Below are positions 8,141 to 15,923 of a stretch of 17,667 bases of DNA, piece by piece. Where the stretch lies: the NCBI GenBank assembly GCA_041695225.1, contig JBGFRI010000042.1, forward strand, positions 1-17,667, given 5' to 3'. The translations under genes and the position numbers were made by a program. Position 1 is the first letter of the stretch; each line of letters starts with the position of its first letter. A model generated the notes under the pieces. It had not been told where the DNA came from, made no database searches, and saw nothing but the letters and a program-made list of their open reading frames with translations. This DNA is from Deinococcota bacterium. Its GTDB lineage: Bacteria; Deinococcota; Deinococci; Deinococcales; Thermaceae.

Positions 8141-9031
8141 ATGAGCGACGGTAGTACCGCCATGAGTGAACGTACCGTTCAGGTTACGCAGTCTAAAGCC
8201 AAGCTGTACGTCGAGGCCGACCTGGCCATACAGGGGGGTCTACAGCACTTCCCCAAGGCTCTTGCAGCCTACGAGATGCTCACTTCCGATGCCGAAGCCC
8301 GGGCCCACTGGAACATGGCTAACTACATTACCGTGCGTAAGCTGGGCTATAACGACCACGGGCGGGTACACGGGCTGCTGACGGGTGCGGCCAGCGTAGC
8401 CATTCTTCAGCTGCTGACCGACCACGGGGTCAGGCCAGATGTGGTGGAGAGCGGGGTGGGCGATCTGGACGATACCTTCCTGGTGGTAGTGCTCTCTACC
8501 ATGTTGCACGACATAGGCAACCAGGTGCACCGCACGGGCCATGAGTCCTTTAGCGTAGTGCTAGCTACCCCCATTCTGGACAGAATTCTGGAGAAAGTCT
8601 ACCGTGACCCCGAACAGCGCGTGGAGTTGCGGGCTTTTATGCTGCACTCCATCTACTGCCACGACCTCGAGCCCGAACCCCTAACTATCGAGGCGGGCAT
8701 TACTGCGGTCGCCGATGGGACCGACATTACCAAGGGCCGGGGGCGCAAAGCTTTTGCGCTGGGCTCGGTGGATATCCACTCCATCAGCGCGCTGGCGGTA
8801 GATGAGGTTCAAATTTTGAAAGGGGAGCAGGTGCCGGTAGAGATCCGGGTGATTATGAATAACTCTGCCGGTATTTATCAGGTGGAAGAAACCCTGACCA
8901 AGAAGGTGCTGCGCAGCCCCATCCGCGATTTTGTGACGGTAATTGCCAGCACCCACGATAACCAGGCCGACCAGCGCATTATCCGCCGGGTGCGCCTGCA
9001 TAAGTCCGAGCCCCGCTTCACCCTGGACTAA
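8141..9031 (+). CDS. HD-domain metal-dependent phosphohydrolase (COG3294-like), substrate unknown
   Basis: YNDHGRVH...MLHDIGN...HSIYCH...VADGTD; -10 TACCAT (8129-8134) ends 6 nt before the ATG, supporting start 8141. Confidence 0.85.
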   Translation: MSDGSTAMSERTVQVTQSKAKLYVEADLAIQGGLQHFPKALAAYEMLTSDAEARAHWNMANYITVRKLGYNDHGRVHGLLTGAASVAILQLLTDHGVRPDVVESGVGDLDDTFLVVVLSTMLHDIGNQVHRTGHESFSVVLATPILDRILEKVYRDPEQRVELRAFMLHSIYCHDLEPEPLTIEAGITAVADGTDITKGRGRKAFALGSVDIHSISALAVDEVQILKGEQVPVEIRVIMNNSAGIYQVEETLTKKVLRSPIRDFVTVIASTHDNQADQRIIRRVRLHKSEPRFTLD

Positions 9032-9076
9032 ATGCTCCGAGTTCCGGTATGGTCATCAGCTCTGCTTCTACTAGGC

Positions 9077-9241
9077 CCAGACCTTTAGCCCATAGCTTTT
9101 GAGCTGAGACATTCCATTAGCCTATAGCTAATAGCCGATAGCCTAAAGCTAAAAGCTAAAAGCCTTAGGCCTTCATCTGACCTGCGACCTTCGACCTTAG
9201 ACCTTCGACTAGCTTCTGACCTGAGACCTGAGACATTCCAT
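9077..9241 (-). repeat. Composite heptamer tandem-repeat element, copy 2 (inverted relative to copy 1)
   Basis: Minus strand: GGAATGTCTCAGG, GGTCnnA units, junction GGTCAGATGAAGGCC, GCTTTTA units, GCTATnn units, GGAATG. 14-bp direct repeat CTGAGACATTCCAT at 9104-9117 and 9228-9241. Confidence 0.85.
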
Positions 9242-9300
9242 GAATACTGTCTGGTGGCCAGTCCGCTTTTCTCACAGTTGGTAGGCTAGACTGGCAAGGT

Positions 9301-10470
9301 ATGCGACGCATCATTTTTCTGTTCATACTGCTGATATTGATGGGAGCGGCCTGGTGGACCTACCCCACTGTCCAGGCGCTAATTCGCTATGGTGCTGTGC
9401 CGCGAAATCTGGAGCGGCCACTGACCATCCTGGTGCTGGGGGTTGCGCCCGAGTACAAATTCCATCACCAGCGGGCCCCAGAAGACTTCCGCGGTCTCTC
9501 GGACGTTAATTTGCTGGTGCGTTTCGACCCCAACGCCAGGCGCATTGCGGTTCTCTCGATCCCCAGGGATGTCTATGTGCGGATTCCCGGCCATGGCTGG
9601 TCGTTGGTCAATCTGGCAAACAAACTAGGGGGTCCCGATCTGGCCAAGCAGGTGGTGAGCAGCCTGACGGGGGTCGGGATTGATGGTTATGTGGCGATTA
9701 GCGTCGAGGCTATTCGGCATGGGGTGGACGCGCTGGGAGGTGTTAGCGTCTGCGTGGAACGGCCCATGCGATACCTAGACCAGGCCGCCAGGCTCGAGAT
9801 CAACCTGGAGCCCGGCTGCCAGCTTTTAAACGGAACGCAGGCCGAGGGCTTTTTGCGCTACCGCAACCAGGCCCTTGGCGATATCGGACGGGTGCAGCAG
9901 CAGCAGATCTTTTTCAATGCTATAAAGCAGCATATTCTTACCCCAGCAGGTTTGTTGCGCCTTCCCCAGGCCATCGCCAGTGTGGAGCAGCACATGCGTA
10001 CCAATCTCACTCGCGAGCAAATTGGCAGTCTGATGGGTTTTGCTGTCCTGCGCCCCCAACTGGTTTCCTTGCTCACCCCGGGGCAGTTTGGCCAGGGCTG
10101 GGAGGTGAATCGCAGCGAACTAAACAGACTGATGCAGCGCTATTTTACCGAGACCCCCATGGTCTCATCGGCTACTCTTGCGGATCTGCGCGGGCAGCAG
10201 GCGGTGGTGCTCTACGCCGCCCCCCAGGAGGCCATTGCCAGCCAGATGCGTGGCAGGTTGCGCGAACTAGGAATGCGGGTGCTGTTAAGCGAAGTGGAGA
10301 CTGCCCCGCCGCGCAGCGAGGTCATTTCCAACGGGGCAGGGGACCTGGCTGAGTTGCTGGGACAGGCTATTGGGATGCCCTCTAGGGTTTCGGGAGAAGC
10401 GGTTCTGCATGCCGACCTGACCGTGCGTATTGGTCCAGACTTTGCTGGCCCCAATGGTCAAAACCGCTAG
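9301..10470 (+). CDS. LCP (LytR-CpsA-Psr) family protein with LytR_C-like C-terminal domain
   Basis: N-terminal TM; ILVLG, SD, SIPRD, VDALGGV, LRYR, GDIGR; C-terminal ADLTVRIGPDF; TAGACT at 9287-9292. Confidence 0.9.
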   Translation: MRRIIFLFILLILMGAAWWTYPTVQALIRYGAVPRNLERPLTILVLGVAPEYKFHHQRAPEDFRGLSDVNLLVRFDPNARRIAVLSIPRDVYVRIPGHGWSLVNLANKLGGPDLAKQVVSSLTGVGIDGYVAISVEAIRHGVDALGGVSVCVERPMRYLDQAARLEINLEPGCQLLNGTQAEGFLRYRNQALGDIGRVQQQQIFFNAIKQHILTPAGLLRLPQAIASVEQHMRTNLTREQIGSLMGFAVLRPQLVSLLTPGQFGQGWEVNRSELNRLMQRYFTETPMVSSATLADLRGQQAVVLYAAPQEAIASQMRGRLRELGMRVLLSEVETAPPRSEVISNGAGDLAELLGQAIGMPSRVSGEAVLHADLTVRIGPDFAGPNGQNR

Positions 10471-10516
10471 CCTTTGTCAGGGTCCCATGTTCGGCGCCAC
10501 TACCAAATCTAGCGGT

Positions 10517-11821
10517 TCAAGCGGTCAAAAGTGACAGAAAGTCCAGCGCTTGCTGGGCGGTTTTACGGCTATGTTCTACCAGGTTGGCCAAACCCAGACC
10601 GGCCAGATAACTGCCGGTAAGGAAAAGGCCCGGGGCGTGTAATAACTCGCGCTCGAGGTCGGCCACCCGGCGGGCATGGCCCTGGGTGAACTGGGGCCTT
10701 GAGGCCGGCTGGCGGAAGACCCAGGCCGCTAGTGGACGGGCCTTGGTTTGCAAGCTTTGTGCCACGTCGTGCTGGGCCAGTCGGGAGAGCTCGCTGTCGG
10801 CGGAGCGAGCGATACCTCCAGCAAACTGCACCCTGGCCAGGGTCATCTCTTCGTTGGGAGAGGTTAGCCCGAGGGCGGTACAGGCATGCCCCTCCGTACT
10901 GGCGAAATAGTGTTCGGCTGGGTCATAAGCAAGGTCGCGCTGGCGGTAGAGCAAATATACCTTTGCACTGTGGTTGTGGGGAAAATGGTTGAGCAGGGTG
11001 GTCATCTGTGGGGCGGTGGGGCGGAATACCCGGGCAGCCAGCGGGGCCGGCAGGGCCATGATCAGCGCCTCGGCTTCAACCTTACCGCCCTGTACATGCA
11101 CCTGCCAGCCCGCAGAATGGTGGGTCACAGCCAGCGCTTCGTGCCTGGTCAGCAGGCTGGCTCTTGGCAGCAGGTTGGTGCAGAGGGCCTCGATAAGGCT
11201 GCCCATTCCGCTCTCGAGGTGCAGCCTGCTATCGCTGCTAAGCTGACGGCTAGCGGTCAGCAGACCCCCCTGGCGCTTTAGTGCGATTAAGCGACCAAAC
11301 GCAATGGGGGCCGATACTTCTTCGGCGGGGCCGCCCAGCATGGTGCTCAGATAGGGCTCTAGTACATCCCAGACTTCGGGGCCAAGCGTGCGCCGGAAAA
11401 AGGCGCCCAGGAGCTCGTCCCTGGTCAGACCAGGCGCTACGAAACGCTCGGTGCTAAGCCGCCACTTAACGCTACGACTGAAAGGCATCTCTGCAATCTG
11501 GTGTATACCAGAACCTGTAGCAAAGTTCAGGTTTTCGGGCAAGACCCAGTCCCGGCCACCCTGGCGTACCACGCGCTTTAAACCTGGCAGCGGAGACGGA
11601 TCAAGACCTAGCTGAGTACACAGGGTCAGTAACGAACTGGGCTCGTCGTCGAAAAACTCCTCACCCAGCTCCAGGCCGATAGAATCCAGCCTTGCGGTCC
11701 GCGTATTTCCGCCCAGGTTGTCGGTGGCCTCGAGTACACTAACTTCCAGCCCAGCCTTTTCCGCCCAGTATGCTGCGGTTAGCCCCGAGAGACCCCCGCC
11801 AATTATTGCGACTCTGCCCAT
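10517..11821 (-). CDS. HemY-like FAD-dependent oxidoreductase (proto/coproporphyrinogen oxidase family), divergent
   Basis: VAIIGGGLSGLTAAY dinucleotide fold; C-terminal PQFTQGH and GLFLTGSYLAGLGL typical of HemY; several conserved positions altered. Confidence 0.7.
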   Translation of the reverse strand: MGRVAIIGGGLSGLTAAYWAEKAGLEVSVLEATDNLGGNTRTARLDSIGLELGEEFFDDEPSSLLTLCTQLGLDPSPLPGLKRVVRQGGRDWVLPENLNFATGSGIHQIAEMPFSRSVKWRLSTERFVAPGLTRDELLGAFFRRTLGPEVWDVLEPYLSTMLGGPAEEVSAPIAFGRLIALKRQGGLLTASRQLSSDSRLHLESGMGSLIEALCTNLLPRASLLTRHEALAVTHHSAGWQVHVQGGKVEAEALIMALPAPLAARVFRPTAPQMTTLLNHFPHNHSAKVYLLYRQRDLAYDPAEHYFASTEGHACTALGLTSPNEEMTLARVQFAGGIARSADSELSRLAQHDVAQSLQTKARPLAAWVFRQPASRPQFTQGHARRVADLERELLHAPGLFLTGSYLAGLGLANLVEHSRKTAQQALDFLSLLTA

Positions 11822-12123
11822 GCTATGGCCCTATCAGTTGCGCGGTAGCGGGTTCTGGCGCTGCGAGTATCCAATCGCCCCCCGGACCGAGCTTGCCAAG
11901 ATATAAACCGTACACACCTCCCGATTCTACCCTGACCACACTGGTTCTCGAGGTGCTGAGACGGCCCGTAAGCAGGCGGGGTTTGCGCCGACAGCAAACC
12001 CTCAGTCTAAAGTTGAGAATATTCAACCCTGGGCGTGTTAGCATTACTCCACAACCAGGTCACGAACCAGTCGAAGTTGTGGACTATTGGGCTGGAGATT
12101 AGGTTGCCATATGAGGTGTACCG

Positions 12124-13053
12124 ATGAAGCTAAAACAAGTTCTCGTTCTTTTGGTACTTGCGCTAATCTCGCTAGCTATGGCTCAGACCGACCCGGTAGT
12201 GGCCAGGGTAGGCAGTTCAACCATTACCAAGAGTGAGTTTGACCTCCAGTTCCGCTTGTTTGTGCGTGATGTCTTGCAGCAACGCGGCCAGGCCTATACC
12301 CCAGAGGCCGCAGAGCCTTTTGCTCAGTTCAGGCCGCAGTTCTTAGAGCGCCTGGCGCGCGATCAGGCAGTCATCCTGGCTGCTGAAGCGGCGGGTTTTG
12401 CGGCTAACAATGCTACAGTGGATGCAGCCATAGCCGAAGTAACAGCCCAGTTCGAAAACCAGGAGCAGCTCAGACTGGCTCTGGAAGAGGCTGGAATCCC
12501 CGGCCTCGAGGCTTATCGCCGACTGGTTTATCAGGCCCTTACCTATAACCTCTACCTGGAGCACCTGTACGAACAGTTGCAGGTTAGCGAGGCCGCCTTA
12601 CGAGTCTTGTACCTGCTTTCTAAGCCCGAATTTACCATTCCGGTGCGGTATTGCGCCTCACACATTTTGCTCGCCACCGCCCAGGAAGCCCATCAGGTGA
12701 TTGTACGGCTGGGAAGGGGCGAAAAGTTTGCCGACCTGGCCCGCGAACTATCGCAAGACCCGGGCAGCAGGGATCGGGGCGGCGTTCTGGGCTGTGAACC
12801 CAGGGGCGCTTATGTCGCTCCCTTCGAGGCGGCGCTGGCAGCCCTGAGGCCGGGTGAAACCTCCAGGACCCCGGTCAGAACAGAGTTTGGCTTCCATGTG
12901 ATCTGGCTTTCCAGCATAGAAGCCGCTAGTGTCCAGCCCTTTGAAGAGGTCAAAGATGGCCTTAGCGAGTCAGTTAGAGACCAGGCGCTGCAGATACTAA
13001 TCAATGGCATTGTGGCCCGTACTCCTATTGAGCTGTTTTTAGAAAACCTCTAA
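12124..13053 (+). CDS. Exported parvulin-type peptidyl-prolyl isomerase/foldase (PrsA/SurA-like)
   Basis: Sec signal (AMA-Q); SurA_N-like region; ASHILL, FADLARELSQDPGS, GGVLG, VRTEFGFHVI; SD GAGGT. Confidence 0.92.
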   Translation: MKLKQVLVLLVLALISLAMAQTDPVVARVGSSTITKSEFDLQFRLFVRDVLQQRGQAYTPEAAEPFAQFRPQFLERLARDQAVILAAEAAGFAANNATVDAAIAEVTAQFENQEQLRLALEEAGIPGLEAYRRLVYQALTYNLYLEHLYEQLQVSEAALRVLYLLSKPEFTIPVRYCASHILLATAQEAHQVIVRLGRGEKFADLARELSQDPGSRDRGGVLGCEPRGAYVAPFEAALAALRPGETSRTPVRTEFGFHVIWLSSIEAASVQPFEEVKDGLSESVRDQALQILINGIVARTPIELFLENL

Positions 13054-13139
13054 GGGGTGTTTGCCCCACTGGGTTCCTGGTGGAGACCAGCCGTGCTTTC
13101 CTCGGCTCTCAAGCGGCGGATGTAATCGGCAAAATCAAG

Positions 13140-13204
13140 GATGTCGCAAGTCTCGAGTCTCAGGTCAAAGGCTTTTTGTCATCCGACTTGCGACCTGCGA
13201 CATC
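13140..13204. repeat. Inverted pair of heptamer-element ends between convergent genes; possible bidirectional terminator
   Basis: GATGTCGCAAGTCTCGAGTC versus GACTTGCGACCTGCGACATC, 17/20 complementary. Confidence 0.7.
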
Positions 13205-13239
13205 TCCGAAATAGCATAGCACGGTGGCCAGGGTTGGGC

Positions 13240-14700
13240 CTAGGCCAGACCGCTGGCTGGGCCGGGCTCTGCCTTGCCAATGGCCCTATCCAGTCGCTTC
13301 AGCACCCGCTCCTTGCCCAGCAACGCGAGCAGGTCAAAGACACTTGGGGTCTCGAGGCTGCCAGTGAGGGCAGCCCGCAAAGGCTGCATTACCGCTTCCG
13401 TTTTGAGCCCCCTGGTCTGGGCAAAGTCTTTGAGCAGTGGCTGAGTGTAGTCTGGCAGCATACTGGGAAGCCGGGTGAGCTGGTCGCGCAGCTCGGGCAG
13501 CAGTCGAGCCCCCTCCAGAAGTTTGGCCCTGGCTTTTTCTTGAACGGGGTAGTCTTCTGTGAAAAAGTAGGCTGCCTTGTCCACAAACTCCCGCAGGGTT
13601 TCAAAGCGGGCCCGCATGACCCCCAGCACCTGCTGCAAATAGGCTTCCGAGGGCGAAAAAAGCCCGGCCCGCTGCAAGAAGGGCCCAACCCGCCCAGCCA
13701 GATCTGCCAGGCTCAGCACCTCGCGGATATACTTGCCGTTCATCCATCTGAGCTTGTTCAGATCGAAGACCGGACCGCCCAGGCTGATGCGCTCGAGGCT
13801 AAAGTGCTCTATCATCTCCTGCACGCTGAAGACTTCGCGCCCGTCGGGCATGCTCCAGGCCATGGTGCCCAGGTAGTTGAGCAGGGCCTCGGGCAAAAAG
13901 CCCTGATCGCGGTAGCTGTCCACGCTGGTGTCCATCTTGCGCTTGCTTAGCTTGGACTTGTCGGGGTTTCGTAGCAGCGGAGTATGGCACCAGACCGGCT
14001 CGGGCCAGCCAAAAGCCTGCAGGATCAGGATGTGAAAAGGAGTGCTGCTAATCCACTCCTCGGCCCGGATGACATGGCTAACACCCATCAGATGGTCGTC
14101 TACCATCGCGGCCAGGTGGTAGGTGGGGTAGCCATCGGCCTTGAGAATCACCTTGTCGTCCAGTGCAGGATTTTCAAACTCGATGGGGCCGCGCAGCAGG
14201 TCGTGCACAATGGTTTTGCCCTCGAGGGGTACTTTGAGGCGAACAACGTGAGGCTCCCCGGCCCCGGCCCTCTGCTCGGCTTCGGCTGCCGGGTAGTCGC
14301 GGTAACGCCGGTTGTAGCCTTGCTCTTTGTGCCCGGCTTGCTGGGCGGCCTGGCGGGCCGCCGCCAGTTCCGCCGGGGTGTCGAAAGCCCGGTAGGCAGC
14401 CCCTTTTTCTAAGAGTACCTGCACGTGGGCCTGGTAGATGGACAGACGCTGTGACTGCACATAGGGGGCGTTTGGGCCGCCCTTGGCAGGCGACTCGTCG
14501 GGGGAGAGTCCCAGCCACTCGAGCATCTCCAGAATGCGCTGCACCGAGGTGGGATTGTAGCGGGAGCGGTCGGTATCCTCGATACGAACTATGAATTTAC
14601 CGCCCTGTTGTCTGGCATAAACATAATTGAACAGGGCCTGATAAGCCGTGCCAACATGGGGGTCACCAGTTGGGCTGGGGGCGATGCGGGTCACAACCAT
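13240..14700 (-). CDS. gltX: Glutamate--tRNA ligase
   Basis: MVVTRIAPSPTGDPHVGT (HIGH-like), RIEDTD, KLSKR (KMSKS-like). Start placed at ATG 14700 rather than 14706 because TG-C-TATTCT (-10 at 14708-14713) ends 7 nt upstream. Confidence 0.97.
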   Translation of the reverse strand: MVVTRIAPSPTGDPHVGTAYQALFNYVYARQQGGKFIVRIEDTDRSRYNPTSVQRILEMLEWLGLSPDESPAKGGPNAPYVQSQRLSIYQAHVQVLLEKGAAYRAFDTPAELAAARQAAQQAGHKEQGYNRRYRDYPAAEAEQRAGAGEPHVVRLKVPLEGKTIVHDLLRGPIEFENPALDDKVILKADGYPTYHLAAMVDDHLMGVSHVIRAEEWISSTPFHILILQAFGWPEPVWCHTPLLRNPDKSKLSKRKMDTSVDSYRDQGFLPEALLNYLGTMAWSMPDGREVFSVQEMIEHFSLERISLGGPVFDLNKLRWMNGKYIREVLSLADLAGRVGPFLQRAGLFSPSEAYLQQVLGVMRARFETLREFVDKAAYFFTEDYPVQEKARAKLLEGARLLPELRDQLTRLPSMLPDYTQPLLKDFAQTRGLKTEAVMQPLRAALTGSLETPSVFDLLALLGKERVLKRLDRAIGKAEPGPASGLA

Positions 14701-14716
14701 AAGCACAAGAATAGCA

Positions 14717-14769
14717 GGGGAGCATGGAGGCTGGGGAGTATGGAGGCTGGGGAGCAGGGGAGCAGGAGG
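14717..14769. repeat. G-rich octamer tandem repeat
   Basis: GGGGAGCA TGGAGGCT GGGGAGTA TGGAGGCT GGGGAGCA GGGGAGCA GGAGG. Confidence 0.8.
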
Positions 14770-14940
14770 TGATTAATCCATTGAGGGGTTGGGAGCCGAA
14801 GGGCAGAAGACTTCATGGGAGCGTAAATAGACTGGATGATGAAGTGGCCGGCGATTGGGGAAGATTAACCTAATACACCAGGCTGTGGCCTTGACCCCCC
14901 ACCCTCCCCTCCCCCACAACGCGGGAGGAGTTACTCGCAA
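14768..14940 (-). repeat. REP/MITE-like element, copy B (modules reordered)
   Basis: Reverse complement TTGCGAGTAACTCCTCCCGCGTTGTGGGGGAGGGGAGGGTGGGGGGTCAAGGCCACAGCCTGGTG is nearly identical to 4016-4080; also shares CTTCTGnCCTTCGGCTC...ATGGATTAATCACC. Confidence 0.85.
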
Positions 14941-14982
14941 GCAGGGGAGAAAGGGAAAACGCGAAAGGCGGGGTCCCCATCT

Positions 14983-15022
14983 ACTTTAGACCTTCGACTT
15001 TAGACTTTAGACCTTCGACTTT
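14983..15022. repeat. Heptamer array
   Basis: ACTTTAG ACCTTCG ACTTTAG ACTTTAG ACCTTCG ACTTT. Confidence 0.8.
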
Positions 15023-15081
15023 CTCCTTTGGGCTTTACCTCTCACAGCCGGCTTAGCGGATAGTGATACCCTGATAAGCAC

Positions 15082-15852
15082 ATGGAAGCGGCATTAAAGC
15101 ATACTCCTGGCCCGACCACTACCCCTACCACCCGCCTCGAGGCTGTCGGGCTGGTCAAGCGCTACGGACGACGGGAGGTGGTGCGGGGGGTAGACCTAAA
15201 GCTCTCTCGCGGCGAGATTGTGGCCCTGTTTGGCCCTAACGGAGCCGGCAAAACCACCACTTTTTACATGCTGGTTGGCTTTGTGGAACCTAACTTCGGG
15301 CGCATTAGTCTGGGAGGGCAGGACGTAACCCGCCTGCCCATGTACAAGCGGGCCCGCCGGGGCCTGGGCTATCTGCCCCAGGAACCTTCGGCTTTCCGCC
15401 GCATGACTGCACACGAAAACCTGCTGGCAGTGCTGGAGTTCCAGCCCCTCTCCAAGCCCGAACGAACCAGGCGGGCTGCCGAGCTGCTCGAGGAACTGGG
15501 CATTGCCCACCTCAGGGACAAGTATGCCTATACCCTATCCGGGGGCGAGCGGCGAAGGCTCGAGATTGCCAGGGCGCTGTGTACCAACCCCGACTTTATT
15601 TTGTTGGACGAGCCTTTTACCGGGGTAGACCCGAAAAACGTGCACGATATTCAACAGCTCATCTCTGAGTTGCGCTCCCGGCGTGGGGTGGGCATATTCA
15701 TCACCGACCACTCGGTGCGCGAGACCCTGGCTATTGCCGACCGAATCTATCTGATGTACGACGGCCAGGTAGCCTTTCGTGGCTCACCTGAAGAGTTCTC
15801 CCGCGACTCAGGTGTCCGTATGCACTACCTGGGTGACGAGTACGAGCTGTAA
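15082..15852 (+). CDS. lptB: LptB-type ABC ATPase
   Basis: Walker [31 protein letters not shown], LptB signature [28 protein letters not shown]. Confidence 0.9.
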   Translation: MEAALKHTPGPTTTPTTRLEAVGLVKRYGRREVVRGVDLKLSRGEIVALFGPNGAGKTTTFYMLVGFVEPNFGRISLGGQDVTRLPMYKRARRGLGYLPQEPSAFRRMTAHENLLAVLEFQPLSKPERTRRAAELLEELGIAHLRDKYAYTLSGGERRRLEIARALCTNPDFILLDEPFTGVDPKNVHDIQQLISELRSRRGVGIFITDHSVRETLAIADRIYLMYDGQVAFRGSPEEFSRDSGVRMHYLGDEYEL

Positions 15853-15880
15853 AGTGCTGCTGGCTCGCCTTGTGCAGCAA

Positions 15881-15918
15881 GACCTTGGCCCGAGACCTGC
15901 GACTTGAGACCTGAGACG
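15881..15918. repeat. Heptamer array abutting the DUF3084 start codon
   Basis: GACCTTG...GACCTGC GACTTGA GACCTGA GACG. Confidence 0.7.
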
Positions 15919-15923
15919 CTGCT

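Noticed and set aside
11823..12044. 73-aa ORF as a full-length gene
   Set aside because: GGAG is only 2 nt from the ATG, it overlaps the divergent promoter, and no family is recognisable; only the 3' 30 codons are kept as a weak candidate.
12048..12083. TCCACA/TGTGGA as DnaA boxes
   Set aside because: Poor match to TTATCCACA, only two sites, and no oriC context.
13141..14412. 269-aa and 142-aa plus-strand ORFs
   Set aside because: Antisense shadows of gltX; the first starts inside a repeat.
14701..14706. gltX start at GTG 14706 as in the ORF track
   Set aside because: Too close to the -10 element; the Thermus GluRS N-terminus MVVTRIAPSPTG matches ATG 14700.
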